Shown here piece after piece: positions 9,602-19,865 of a DNA stretch of 64,000 nt (position 1 is its first letter; the number at the start of each line of letters is the position of its first letter). Location of the stretch: IMG/VR virus record IMGVR_UViG_3300025251_000012, positions 14,444 through 78,443 of that record; one strand, given 5' to 3'. The position numbers were made by a program, and so were the translations under genes. The stretch comes from a virus (taxonomy: Duplodnaviria; Caudoviricetes). Under the pieces are notes generated by a model. That model was not told the DNA's origin. It made no database searches and was given only the letters and a program-made list of their open reading frames with translations.

Positions 9602-11587
9602 ATGGGCGTTTCAGCGTACAGAAAAAGACGAAAGTTTAACCAAAACGAAGTAGAGCGTTATGGCGTCCGCGTACTTTTGTACTATTTCAGAGATATGTCC
9701 GTAAAGCTTGAGCGCGCGTTAGCGCTGGATATTGCGGGGGGTGCTGGCGAAAGAAACACAGATAAGCTTATCTCAAAAGGTTTGTTGTGGGACATTATTG
9801 ATGTCACAAAGTTCGTTACATCTGTGCAGTGGTCAGAATCAATACACCAACCTTACGGCACTATCACCTGTAATCTGGCCGAAGAGTTGTACAACTTATT
9901 GGACGTATTAAACGACAAGCTTGGGCCAGCCTGGATTTCTGTACAGGCGAAGGAGACTAGTTCAACCGGCAACAAGGGCAAGCGGCTGAAAAAGCTAAAA
10001 AAGCAAGGGTACGTAGTCCTTCAAGCAGGATATGTAGTTAAATTTTACGCCCGGAAGGATGTGCGCGCTGACGGGTCTATAACTGAGACTCAAACTGTAG
10101 AAGCTGTGTCGTATCTTGATTTTTGTGCTCAATTTAGTCTTAACATTTGTACAATCACAAGCGACGATGAAGGTCAGCGCCGTAAATTAAGGCGGCTACT
10201 AAACGGAACTTTTTTTAGTGTCGAGGACTGGACCGAGAAGGCTAGTTCGATAATAAAGGAGTTGCCCGGTAATGATGTTGGTGTGGCCTTTAAGCTGGCA
10301 TGGTCGCACTTTGCGCGTGTTCATGTGCCAATCGGGGCGTTTATTGGGGGCTGGCATCACGGCTCAATAATGCTTAAAGATTTGGTTACCGTGCTAACAA
10401 GCGGTGCTAAGACATCCTCTAATAACCATGTTGCTGGCGAACGCACGTGGGATAGGCACGGCAAGTGGGAAGCCCCATTAATACCAGGATTTTCTATAAG
10501 CGCATTATCAAATGCCATGAGTTTTGGCGGGTCATTCCTGGGATTTTTGCAGTCATCATTCGTGGCAGATCCGGGTATGGTAGAACTGTTCCCCGTATTA
10601 GCGAATAACAAAGTTTATCTTATCTTCAGACTAGCACCCTTCCGCGTTTTGAAATCTAGTGTTTGGGCAGACTTTGTATACAACCAAGATAACAAAGATT
10701 TTGTGGCAACCCTGCCGATGCGCACCATGGCCAAGGAAGGTGCCGTAGATCCTATGACTAAGATGTCGGTAATGAAAGATGCCAAAATTACAGGCGGTGC
10801 GGGGCCACAGATGGTGGAGTCTGAAAAGCTTGTGAAATTTAACTCTGAAGATGCGGATAAATTTTTTGGTAAGCCCACGTGGAAGAGATCGCACGCAGAT
10901 CATTTACATCTTGATGATTGCAGGACTGTGCAAATGGTTTATCAAGATGCCCAAAGGGTATCTACTGCGATAACGGCAACGTGGCCTACAATGCCTGACT
11001 CGTTAGCCTTTATATGTGGCCAGACAGGGCTTCCAGTGGTTGATGATGCGGGCTTATTAACGCAAGGTTGCCGCGTATACAGACCGTCATGGCCCTTCAT
11101 ACCGAATGTCGATGCGGCAACAGCTACCCCAGCGGATTGGAGGGCTCAATTGGCGGAGTTCTCTGTTTTTATTAGGGCTATAGCGCTTGAAGCTGCGCAG
11201 TATCGCATGAACTTACACTTTATGTGGAAGCTTAACATTGGAGCTATATATAGCCCACAGCTTAGAGTAGGTAGGCCATTCGCGTTTCATAAAGAACCGG
11301 GGTCAGCCCTTCTACTGGAAAATACAGGCGTAAACCCGCAGCGTGATGCGACTACACACAGGACTAAGAAGCTAAAGACTTTGGTCGAGTATGGATATAC
11401 TGAAACAGTATCTCACACAATATCAATGCAGGGGGATTCATTCATAGGAACTTCGCAAATTGATGTAGACAGGTTCCTTAGTAAAAAATATGAGCATATT
11501 AGGTATTCGCCCATTAGCGTAGATATGACATTCCGGCTTAGATTTGGGCACATATTACCATCTCCACCAAGAAAAACTGGGAAATAG
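9602..11587 (+). CDS. Baseplate hub / tail protein
   Basis: Position after tape measure; DVTKFVTSVQWSESIHQPYGTITC resembles hub N-termini; ends YGYTETVSHTI. Confidence 0.5.
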   Translation: MGVSAYRKRRKFNQNEVERYGVRVLLYYFRDMSVKLERALALDIAGGAGERNTDKLISKGLLWDIIDVTKFVTSVQWSESIHQPYGTITCNLAEELYNLLDVLNDKLGPAWISVQAKETSSTGNKGKRLKKLKKQGYVVLQAGYVVKFYARKDVRADGSITETQTVEAVSYLDFCAQFSLNICTITSDDEGQRRKLRRLLNGTFFSVEDWTEKASSIIKELPGNDVGVAFKLAWSHFARVHVPIGAFIGGWHHGSIMLKDLVTVLTSGAKTSSNNHVAGERTWDRHGKWEAPLIPGFSISALSNAMSFGGSFLGFLQSSFVADPGMVELFPVLANNKVYLIFRLAPFRVLKSSVWADFVYNQDNKDFVATLPMRTMAKEGAVDPMTKMSVMKDAKITGGAGPQMVESEKLVKFNSEDADKFFGKPTWKRSHADHLHLDDCRTVQMVYQDAQRVSTAITATWPTMPDSLAFICGQTGLPVVDDAGLLTQGCRVYRPSWPFIPNVDAATATPADWRAQLAEFSVFIRAIALEAAQYRMNLHFMWKLNIGAIYSPQLRVGRPFAFHKEPGSALLLENTGVNPQRDATTHRTKKLKTLVEYGYTETVSHTISMQGDSFIGTSQIDVDRFLSKKYEHIRYSPISVDMTFRLRFGHILPSPPRKTGK

Positions 11588-11598
11588 GAGTATAAACT

Positions 11599-13014
11599 AT
11601 GGGTGGCCGTAGAGGCGGTTTTGAGATGGCGGCCTGGAAAGAGAGCCAGTCAGGGGCTCATACAGACTCCTATATTATATATGATACGCGGATAAAATAT
11701 GGGCGGGTATACCTGGATATAATTCACCCAATTAACGCTAAACAGTTTCAAAACGTATGTTTTATCAACGCCATTAAAAGGCCTGTATTACATACAGTTG
11801 GCCTTGAGGCGTGTCTAGCAAAGCTGGGCGACGGCAGTATGGGCAGTATCGGCCTAACAACAGCAGTTACGATTACAAGGCCTGGAATATGTGAACCATA
11901 TGTTATGGGCATTGTAAATCAGGCCGACGCCGGAGATCGTCGTGGTGCTGTCACTCCGTCAGCAGAGGCGTTGGAGCGCGAAATAAGCATATCAGGAGAG
12001 TGTCCAAACTTTTTTATGTTTGGTAATGAAGGGACAGACACCGAACATTTCGTTGCGCACAATGGCGAGTTCCCCTCTGGTTATGACGCAGATGCGTATG
12101 CGGGGATTGTTGCCCGGGCAGACGGGATGGCTAAACTTACTGCCCGTAATCTGCAAGCACCCGACATGGTTAAAATTTTACTAGAGTTGGATTCTAGTAT
12201 GGGGAATATTGAGCTTATACGTAGACCGGACCCCAAAAAAGAGCAGCCTGGTGTTGTAGTACCGACAGGCCTTGAGGCGCAATGCAACCCGCTGGAAAAT
12301 GCCGCCTATGGTGGAAGGCTGATCGAATTTTTATCTAAAATGCTCATGGACCTTGATGAGTACATAGCGTGTGTTGGGGCTATAGCTATTCAGCAGGGAA
12401 ATCCCTTGTCATCATTTACGGCGCTTGTCGCCGCGAAGAGCCTCGAAGCCGCATTTGATCCAGATATTGGGGGGCCTAATCCCGCGAAGGGTCCGTCGAA
12501 GGTTGAGATAAAGCTGGCTGCGGTAGAGAACAAACTCGCTTATACGACAGTGTTTCCCTCTGCGGAAGTAGCCGCATTAGATCCCGTTTTAGGGGCAACG
12601 GCGCTTCATCGTGCCGTAGACGGCAAACCTCCGTACACAGAAGTTTTTGCCGGGGAGAGAGTTTGGGCTAATTTAGGTTTCGAGGATGCCCTCTTCACTG
12701 AATTACAGGAAGCAGGCGGCTATTATGAAACATTTAGACAAAAAATATTGAAATATGCAACAGAGGATAACGGCACAACAACATTTGTTGAGACAAACGC
12801 ATTGGGAGTGGCAGAAAAGGGGTTTTATACCCCTGGCGGCACCGACTTGCGGGTACCTTTTGTGCGTATTTCAAAAGAGAATTCTCTCACGAGTGAGGAA
12901 AAACCTGGAGGCGTAGAAGCCTCAAAGTATATTGCTAGTGCTGATATTGATGGGGTACCCATCGACGAGAAGCCTAAGAATCTAAGTACACACGACGAAT
13001 CTGAGCTTGTATAG
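11599..13014 (+). CDS. Baseplate spike-region protein (uncertain)
   Basis: Synteny after hub; N-terminal beta-rich region compatible with a gp5-type OB fold. Confidence 0.35.
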   Translation: MGGRRGGFEMAAWKESQSGAHTDSYIIYDTRIKYGRVYLDIIHPINAKQFQNVCFINAIKRPVLHTVGLEACLAKLGDGSMGSIGLTTAVTITRPGICEPYVMGIVNQADAGDRRGAVTPSAEALEREISISGECPNFFMFGNEGTDTEHFVAHNGEFPSGYDADAYAGIVARADGMAKLTARNLQAPDMVKILLELDSSMGNIELIRRPDPKKEQPGVVVPTGLEAQCNPLENAAYGGRLIEFLSKMLMDLDEYIACVGAIAIQQGNPLSSFTALVAAKSLEAAFDPDIGGPNPAKGPSKVEIKLAAVENKLAYTTVFPSAEVAALDPVLGATALHRAVDGKPPYTEVFAGERVWANLGFEDALFTELQEAGGYYETFRQKILKYATEDNGTTTFVETNALGVAEKGFYTPGGTDLRVPFVRISKENSLTSEEKPGGVEASKYIASADIDGVPIDEKPKNLSTHDESELV

Positions 13015-13023
13015 GGGGCCGCT

Positions 13024-14910
13024 ATGAAATCCGGCTTTAATTTTAACCAGTTTGGCAGTAAAAAGCTTAGTGCGGCAGACCAGGAGAGGCTTGATGATAA
13101 ACGCGCCAGACTCCCCTTACACCCACCAATTGATAATTGGTACGCTAAAGCAACAGGTAGAGGGCGTCCAGGAGGTGGTAGGTCTACCCTTTATTATTTA
13201 ACAACCCGCCCGGTTTATTGGAGGCTTAAGAAGGGCGTACCAATGCTTCTACCCGGATGGAAAAAGGGGTCAGGCCCTTATAGGCCTGACCCACAGATTC
13301 TGCCTTTTGTAAGTTCAGTAAGTTATACAAAACGCCCGCAAATAACACCTGTGATGACGTTTGGTACCGTTCCAGCACGACAAGTTCGTTACAGAATGCT
13401 TTATGACATTAGCATATCGGGAATGGCTCCTACGATGGACCACCCAGGAATTAATATCATGCCGAGTGGTGGCGGTAAGGCTAAAAAGGTATCTGGTCCG
13501 CAGACGGGCGTAGAGATTCTTGATTCTCTGATTGAGTTTGTTGACAACTATACAAGGGCTCTAGGCCGAATGGGTAAGGGTACAAAACGTTACTACAGAT
13601 CAACTAACACAGAATTAATGATTTTCCACGCGCCCTATGAAAATCTGAATCTTTTTGTAGAGCCATTAAGTTTAAACTATTCGAGGAGTAAAAGCGGCTC
13701 TCATTTTGGGTATACCTATGACATTAATTTTATGGCTTGGGGCGAAGGTCTTTGGGCTTCGCCCGAGTACGCGCTTGATATTGAGCAGCAAGAGCTATCT
13801 TTTTTGGAGACCATGCAACAGGCCATAGCTCAAGGCGCTGATATTGCGAACCGGGCCGAGAGCATGGTTGTCGGAAATCTTATGCAGGCGCAGCACATTT
13901 ATATGAACGCGGTAGTTGGTTCAACACAAGCGCTTTCAACCGCTGTGACTGATCTTACCAGCGGCGTTGTTGGCGCTGTGACTGGGATAATAGGAAGTTT
14001 AGACGTTGCGTGTAAGAACTTTAAAACAGCATTTGGCAATCTTGTGCCACAAGTGGCCTACGCCTACGGAATCCCCACTTGGTGGAACAATCCAATTCTA
14101 GACAAAGCAGAACGATCCTATAGAGAAGGTACAGAGGGTTATCGAGCAGTTCAAACGTCACAACAGTTGGTGTACCAAAAAGCCAGCCAAAGCCCCACCC
14201 TTACAAAAAATTATAAGGATTTTGTGGATAAAATTCCGTACCCGTTTTGGACCACACAGGCGTTGGATTTTAATTTCGGCTCTATGCCCGGTTATGTGCC
14301 GCCACCAGATGCTGAAACTGAGCCCACAGAAGTTTACGTGGCTAAAGATGGAGACACATTTCAGTCTATAGCATTAGAGCAGTTAGGGTCTGTGGATATG
14401 TGGCCAGTTTTAATGCTACTTAATGGCGGCACCGAGGCCGATTTCTTAGCAGGACATAAGCCTCTGCACATGGGTGCAAAAGTTATTGTGCCTACTTCAA
14501 ACTTTAGTGCCGCACTAGGATCTTCGCCCACAGACGACCCATATTTAACGGATTATTTGCTGGCTGACGACGGAGATTTAGTCGCTGTTAATGACGAGTT
14601 TAACGACGTAAAGATTGTAACTGGTCCGTTGTGCCTTAAACAGGGTCTTCAGCATAGACTTTCTATGCGCACAGGCGACTCCTTAGTATTTCCAGATAAT
14701 GGGCTGGCGTTTGGTGCGGGAGACAACATCTCTATGGAGACTAGTGTGTTTATTTCTGAAGATGTGAAGAATCAAATTCTTAGCGATCCAAGGATTATAG
14801 AGTATAAACTATTAGAACTCATAGACGTAGGGCACGCAATCGAAGTAAACTCCCAGGCGACGGCGATTTCTGGGGCTTCTATTTCTTTAACGGTGCCAGT
14901 AAATTCATAG
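13024..14910 (+). CDS. Fused tail-initiator / LysM / gp25-like baseplate wedge protein
   Basis: LysM motif VYVAKDGDTFQSIALEQLGSVDMWPVLMLLNG; C-term LKQGLQHRLSMRTGD...ILSDPRI resembles gp25/gpW. Confidence 0.65.
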   Translation: MKSGFNFNQFGSKKLSAADQERLDDKRARLPLHPPIDNWYAKATGRGRPGGGRSTLYYLTTRPVYWRLKKGVPMLLPGWKKGSGPYRPDPQILPFVSSVSYTKRPQITPVMTFGTVPARQVRYRMLYDISISGMAPTMDHPGINIMPSGGGKAKKVSGPQTGVEILDSLIEFVDNYTRALGRMGKGTKRYYRSTNTELMIFHAPYENLNLFVEPLSLNYSRSKSGSHFGYTYDINFMAWGEGLWASPEYALDIEQQELSFLETMQQAIAQGADIANRAESMVVGNLMQAQHIYMNAVVGSTQALSTAVTDLTSGVVGAVTGIIGSLDVACKNFKTAFGNLVPQVAYAYGIPTWWNNPILDKAERSYREGTEGYRAVQTSQQLVYQKASQSPTLTKNYKDFVDKIPYPFWTTQALDFNFGSMPGYVPPPDAETEPTEVYVAKDGDTFQSIALEQLGSVDMWPVLMLLNGGTEADFLAGHKPLHMGAKVIVPTSNFSAALGSSPTDDPYLTDYLLADDGDLVAVNDEFNDVKIVTGPLCLKQGLQHRLSMRTGDSLVFPDNGLAFGAGDNISMETSVFISEDVKNQILSDPRIIEYKLLELIDVGHAIEVNSQATAISGASISLTVPVNS

Positions 14911-14925
14911 GCGAGGAAAACAGGC

Positions 14926-16563
14926 GTGCCTTACGTACCTAGATTATATGATGAGCTTTTCCAGTCATTACTGGCGCGGGTGGTCACACAGTCTAAACTT
15001 ACGGACGTAAGCCCAGGCTCTGTGCTGACGCATTTATTGGGCACTGTTGCTCAAGAGATAGAACTGGCAGAATATCGGCTAGAGCAAATCCGCGATTCTT
15101 TTGATTTTGATAATGCTAGTGGTTCAGACCTTGATCTAAGGATTCAAGACCTACCTTTGGCCCAAATTTGGCGCAAAGAAGCTTCAAAGGCTTCTGGCGA
15201 GGTTATGCGGCTAACATTAGTACGTCTTGAAACTTCTCCAGACGAACTAGAAATACCGGCGGGCTTGATCTACAAACGTTCTGATAACGAGGATGTGTCT
15301 TATATACAAACAGCTACTGTTTTTGTAGATATGACCGTCGCTCCATCTGGCGGCCCATGGGTTGTTGATGCTACGCACGAATACCCAGATCCCAATAACC
15401 CGCTAGTTGCCGGTATTAGGGTGCTTTCTACTGCCGCTGGGACCATTGGTAATGCCAGTAAGGATATTATTGACCTCTCCCCAGTAGGCGCTCCAGACGA
15501 AATAGTCGCCTCTACAAATGTGTTCCCCTGCATTGGGGGCACTGATGGTGAAAGTGACGCTGCTTTAAAAGCCCGGGCCAGAAATTATTTGGGGGCCTTA
15601 AGTCGAATAACATCTGCTGCATTGATGTATATAGCCAAGACGTTTTCTTCGACGGATGGCACTACTTTTAAGCACGTAAGCGTGTATGAGCCCGTCGAGG
15701 TTAAAGGGTACACAGAACTTCTTGTAGATCCAGGCTCCGCTAACCTCTCTACTGGGGCTACACTGGCTCAAAACTATTCCAAATCTAGTGCAAAAACAAT
15801 CTATAGTTGGCCTTATGATAGTGATCCGCCGCCATATTTTACGCACGAAGCCCCTTCCGTGGAAGATCTTACAGATGACAACGTTCTTTTAGGTGGTTTT
15901 TGGGAAGGCTGGGCTGGCCCAGAAGACTGGGAATCCTCTCTTGTTTATTACCCATTGTCGCACCCCAAGGTGCGGCAAATGTTCGGCATACCAGACGGCG
16001 AAAAGTTTGTACTATCTATTGGCGAGCGGGGTATCTTGTATTTAAACACGGACTACAAAATTAAGTGGTCCGATGTCTCAGCAGATACGCAAATAGCGGT
16101 CTGGGGGCAAAGCATTAACTTTGCAACCTATGGCCATTTACTTTCTATTGGAAGCGACGAAAATCCCGTTAGAGTTTACATAGGGGCACTTGCAGAATTT
16201 CAAGCAATAATAGAGGGAGATCCTAGTGATCCTGTGGCTATGCCCGGGTATCGCCCTGCCGGTACGCGAGTAAGAGTAGTATTACCTACGACACAGTTTG
16301 TTACTGGCGGCGTCAGCCTTGATATTACGTATGCAGTAGGCGCTGATATTGAAGCGGCTGGACCCGAGGTTCTGAATAGGGTTCTTTACTATGCGGCGGA
16401 ATTAGGCCCCGGAGATCCCCTATTGGTGGCTGAACTGTATTCAACTATCATGGCTATTGACGGTATTATAAACGTCCATGTAAAAAAACCGCTAAATGAC
16501 GTGTGGCCCATCGACGCACGGCATTCTTTAAGAATAGATCCTGACGAGATTGATCTTTTCTAG
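14926..16563 (+). CDS. Baseplate J-like wedge protein
   Basis: TDVSPGSVLTHLLGTVAQE, FDNASGSDLD, AAGTIGN, GGTDGESDAALKAR are Baseplate_J motifs. Confidence 0.85.
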   Translation: MPYVPRLYDELFQSLLARVVTQSKLTDVSPGSVLTHLLGTVAQEIELAEYRLEQIRDSFDFDNASGSDLDLRIQDLPLAQIWRKEASKASGEVMRLTLVRLETSPDELEIPAGLIYKRSDNEDVSYIQTATVFVDMTVAPSGGPWVVDATHEYPDPNNPLVAGIRVLSTAAGTIGNASKDIIDLSPVGAPDEIVASTNVFPCIGGTDGESDAALKARARNYLGALSRITSAALMYIAKTFSSTDGTTFKHVSVYEPVEVKGYTELLVDPGSANLSTGATLAQNYSKSSAKTIYSWPYDSDPPPYFTHEAPSVEDLTDDNVLLGGFWEGWAGPEDWESSLVYYPLSHPKVRQMFGIPDGEKFVLSIGERGILYLNTDYKIKWSDVSADTQIAVWGQSINFATYGHLLSIGSDENPVRVYIGALAEFQAIIEGDPSDPVAMPGYRPAGTRVRVVLPTTQFVTGGVSLDITYAVGADIEAAGPEVLNRVLYYAAELGPGDPLLVAELYSTIMAIDGIINVHVKKPLNDVWPIDARHSLRIDPDEIDLF

Positions 16564-16574
16564 GGAGATTTTGA

Positions 16575-19500
16575 ATGAAAAAGGTCAAGTTTTACGAAAA
16601 CGAACGTTTAGACATTGTAGACGCTGCGGCACTTGCAGAGCTTCCGTATGGCTATATGCAGCAGGTAACGCATGCCATGGGGCTAGGGTATGCAAACGGC
16701 ATTATCCCCGATGTAATACATTCTGGGCAAGGGCGTCTAGTCCCAGGTAAAACCAGATATTACGACGAAGAAGAACAAGTCTGGAAAACGGAAGAAAAGA
16801 GCTTCGGCTCTTTTGTCCCCACAGATAACTTTCAATCTGAAGATAAACGCCCTGTTGTAGATAATAGTGCTTTTACCCTAGGCAGGATTGAAGTTTCAGG
16901 ACGCTTTTATGTTTACCGGTCTAACCAAGGTATGTGGGATTATACTGATGACGTTGATGGTGGTAAGCCGGATCAGTATTGGGCTAATAAAAGCGGCGGG
17001 ACAGGTGTTATAACTTGTTTTGATGGCGCAAACCCAGACCAACCGACCACTATAACAGTCGGCGTGACTGAATTACTTGAGGACGTTAACTCGCGCGGCG
17101 AAAGTGCTGCAAAAGAGTGGTCTATTTGGGCGCGTAGGCTAGAGCACCCTGTTGCGAATGAAAGCCGCCGCTTTTGGAGCGTGGCAGCTTCGCAAGAAGT
17201 ACTTCAAGCCGTCCATACGAGAGTAGAGGGTCTTGTTGAGTTTGCCTGTGCCCCGACATTGGATTCTGAGGGCAAAATGCGGGCAGCCGGTTGGGTACGC
17301 GCATTTGATGGCGTCGGTATGTATAAAGGGCCTTTAACCGCAGACGGTTCTGATGCTCGATACGCTTCAGGCCCCGTTTGGCGGCCGGTGCTCGCGTTTG
17401 ACTATTGGAGGCAATGGGCTGGGAACGCTAAAAATGTAGCTATGAGCCCGAACGATTCATACGCTAGTCGAGCGTCTTTTCCATATTGGCCCGGGTCAAA
17501 ATCCGGGGGTACCGGAGGGAACCCAATAGAACCCATTATTGGCAATATTCATAATAGGTTTGATCATTTAGATCTACTTCAGGTTAAAAATACAAGCCAG
17601 GTTAGTGGGTACTATAGATGGCTAACTTCTATCACGGATACAGTGAAAAAACGTATTCGCCCTTCTGGCCCAGATAATCATGGACCTTCAAAATGTAGTA
17701 ACTTTGATGCTGGGCTAGAGTCTAATTACGAAGAGTTCCCGATCGGGTACCCACATGGCATTGACCATTTGTCAGGGGATCTTTATCACATAATGCCAGG
17801 AACATCGACCCTTGTAACTGGTGATTCCAGCGCCGCAGATGCGGACATTGGCTTTGTGGGCAATCATACGTCAGCGCAGTCTTTTCTTTTTGATTCTAAC
17901 GGTCAACCGGGCAGGGCGTTTGATCTGTACGATTGCTTGATGAATAGTGATGATCCCATTTTTGGTCAGAATTGCACTTCTTTAGGTGAATTGGTTTTTA
18001 GGCTTGCACGTGCTGTTAGCCAGCTTCGATCGGGGACAGATTTAGACCCCTATTTGTTTCGGCGGACGTATGAGCGCCAAGCTAAAACAGCTTGGGCAGG
18101 AGGGCCTAGAAAAGGCACACTAAACGAGCCCCAAACGCAGACTGATCTACAATTCGGTACAGGTACTGCACCAACGGATTCGTGGTTTCAGCACCAAGTT
18201 AATGCTGCCCCGACGCAGAATCGTCAGGGCAGCTTTATATTTGATGGTCATAATACAGACACCGTTAGACCGCTTTCTCATTTAGAAGAATTTTATGACA
18301 ACTATGCTTTCGCACACCCGCACATTCTTTACCAAGGGTCGTGGTATTGGAGCGCTAATACCGCTAGGGTATTACCTACAGCCCTTGGCGAACCAGAAGA
18401 TGCCCAGCAAGTGAATCACCTTAGTGGGGGTCACGGAATCGGCCTGTTTGCGGGCTCTAAGCCCAGTGAAACGGTCAGTAACGGCTGGCTCCCCGTTGGA
18501 AGGCAGTTTAACCCTCATAAGTGCTCTATAGCTAAAAATGGTGGGTATGGGGCCTTTCGCTCCGTTGCTCCGAGGACATACTCGCGTAAAAGCCAGATGG
18601 ACGACGGCTCTCCCGCAGTGGACTACGGCAGTGGGGATCATTATGCCGCCGCTTCGTCGGATTTGGCCCTGCCCAACCCCCAGGTAGCGGACGCGGCAAG
18701 TATGCTTACTCGGGGATTTTCCCCCAACGGCATCGCGGGTTATCCGAGACTTGTTGGCCCAGGTAATGGGTGGGGCGATGGGACGTTAATCCCTTTTGAA
18801 GGCGGATTTGAGTTTTGTTTGATGGTTCCGTGTGAGTTTCAAATTACCGCCGTTCATGTGCAACCCCTATCTACGTGGGGTGCGAGCAACGCCGGAGGAT
18901 CAGGAGACCATCTCAACGATCTTCGGTACGAGTGGGTCGCCCAAAACGAGCACCAACCTGAGTCTTCCCAGGTACACTATAACGATACTTTGTATCGAAA
19001 TACGGCGCTTGCGGTAAATGCCAGCAATACGCTAGGGATTGTGGGCTCTAACTCTGTTCATGGAGAGCAGATCCACAAAAGAATACTAGTTCATGTAAAT
19101 AACCCAACTGAGGGCATCGCCACGCATCCGCCTAAGAATTTCAATATCACTGTATACGGCAATTACTTTAGACATACTGGGGACTTTGTATACCGTAATG
19201 AGGGCGGTACTAACTCTGGGGATAGAACAGCCGCGCATAATTTGGGCAACGCGGGATGGGCGGACCAGCACATGAAACAACTCTGGCGAACGCCGAGGTC
19301 GCTAACGAGGGTTTCGGCAATGGATCAGCACATGAGCGGCTATGGCGACACGCTGGCATATGGGAGAGTCCAAAATTCGTATACACCGAAGCCATCGGAG
19401 GCCCCAGGATATTTAGACGATTCTACTGCTTACGAGGGCGGGCCTACTACGTATGGATACCAATATGGTAAGCGGCGAAGATACGACAACGTAGTAGGCT

Positions 19501-19865
19501 TTGGTCAGCACAATCAGAGTGTAGAGCAACAGCATCCGTGGCCAGTTTCAAATTTAGGTGGCCCCAACACGTCTGAAGGGATAGCTAACACAGGCGATAT
19601 TGTCGTTGAGGGGGATTCGTATATACCATTATCGGCGCAATCACCAGCCGCGCCCCCCGGCTGTAATGATGCACATAATATGAATTATCTTGCTGTTGAT
19701 ATGGGCGGGGAACCAAACCCATATTTGGAAGTCTCTGGCATTGGCGCTGAAGCCGGGTTGGCGGTTGAAGCAGACATAGGTAAGGTAAACCCGCCAAATA
19801 TATTCCCCAGCATTGATTGGTGGTCAGGGTATCCGGGTCAGCGCGGCGTAATAGGGGGTTGGTAA
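16575..19865 (+). CDS. Large baseplate/tail-associated protein (1096 aa)
   Basis: After baseplate J; N-term KVKFYENERLDIVD is typical of myovirus baseplate/fibre-attachment proteins. Confidence 0.45.
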   Translation: MKKVKFYENERLDIVDAAALAELPYGYMQQVTHAMGLGYANGIIPDVIHSGQGRLVPGKTRYYDEEEQVWKTEEKSFGSFVPTDNFQSEDKRPVVDNSAFTLGRIEVSGRFYVYRSNQGMWDYTDDVDGGKPDQYWANKSGGTGVITCFDGANPDQPTTITVGVTELLEDVNSRGESAAKEWSIWARRLEHPVANESRRFWSVAASQEVLQAVHTRVEGLVEFACAPTLDSEGKMRAAGWVRAFDGVGMYKGPLTADGSDARYASGPVWRPVLAFDYWRQWAGNAKNVAMSPNDSYASRASFPYWPGSKSGGTGGNPIEPIIGNIHNRFDHLDLLQVKNTSQVSGYYRWLTSITDTVKKRIRPSGPDNHGPSKCSNFDAGLESNYEEFPIGYPHGIDHLSGDLYHIMPGTSTLVTGDSSAADADIGFVGNHTSAQSFLFDSNGQPGRAFDLYDCLMNSDDPIFGQNCTSLGELVFRLARAVSQLRSGTDLDPYLFRRTYERQAKTAWAGGPRKGTLNEPQTQTDLQFGTGTAPTDSWFQHQVNAAPTQNRQGSFIFDGHNTDTVRPLSHLEEFYDNYAFAHPHILYQGSWYWSANTARVLPTALGEPEDAQQVNHLSGGHGIGLFAGSKPSETVSNGWLPVGRQFNPHKCSIAKNGGYGAFRSVAPRTYSRKSQMDDGSPAVDYGSGDHYAAASSDLALPNPQVADAASMLTRGFSPNGIAGYPRLVGPGNGWGDGTLIPFEGGFEFCLMVPCEFQITAVHVQPLSTWGASNAGGSGDHLNDLRYEWVAQNEHQPESSQVHYNDTLYRNTALAVNASNTLGIVGSNSVHGEQIHKRILVHVNNPTEGIATHPPKNFNITVYGNYFRHTGDFVYRNEGGTNSGDRTAAHNLGNAGWADQHMKQLWRTPRSLTRVSAMDQHMSGYGDTLAYGRVQNSYTPKPSEAPGYLDDSTAYEGGPTTYGYQYGKRRRYDNVVGFGQHNQSVEQQHPWPVSNLGGPNTSEGIANTGDIVVEGDSYIPLSAQSPAAPPGCNDAHNMNYLAVDMGGEPNPYLEVSGIGAEAGLAVEADIGKVNPPNIFPSIDWWSGYPGQRGVIGGW

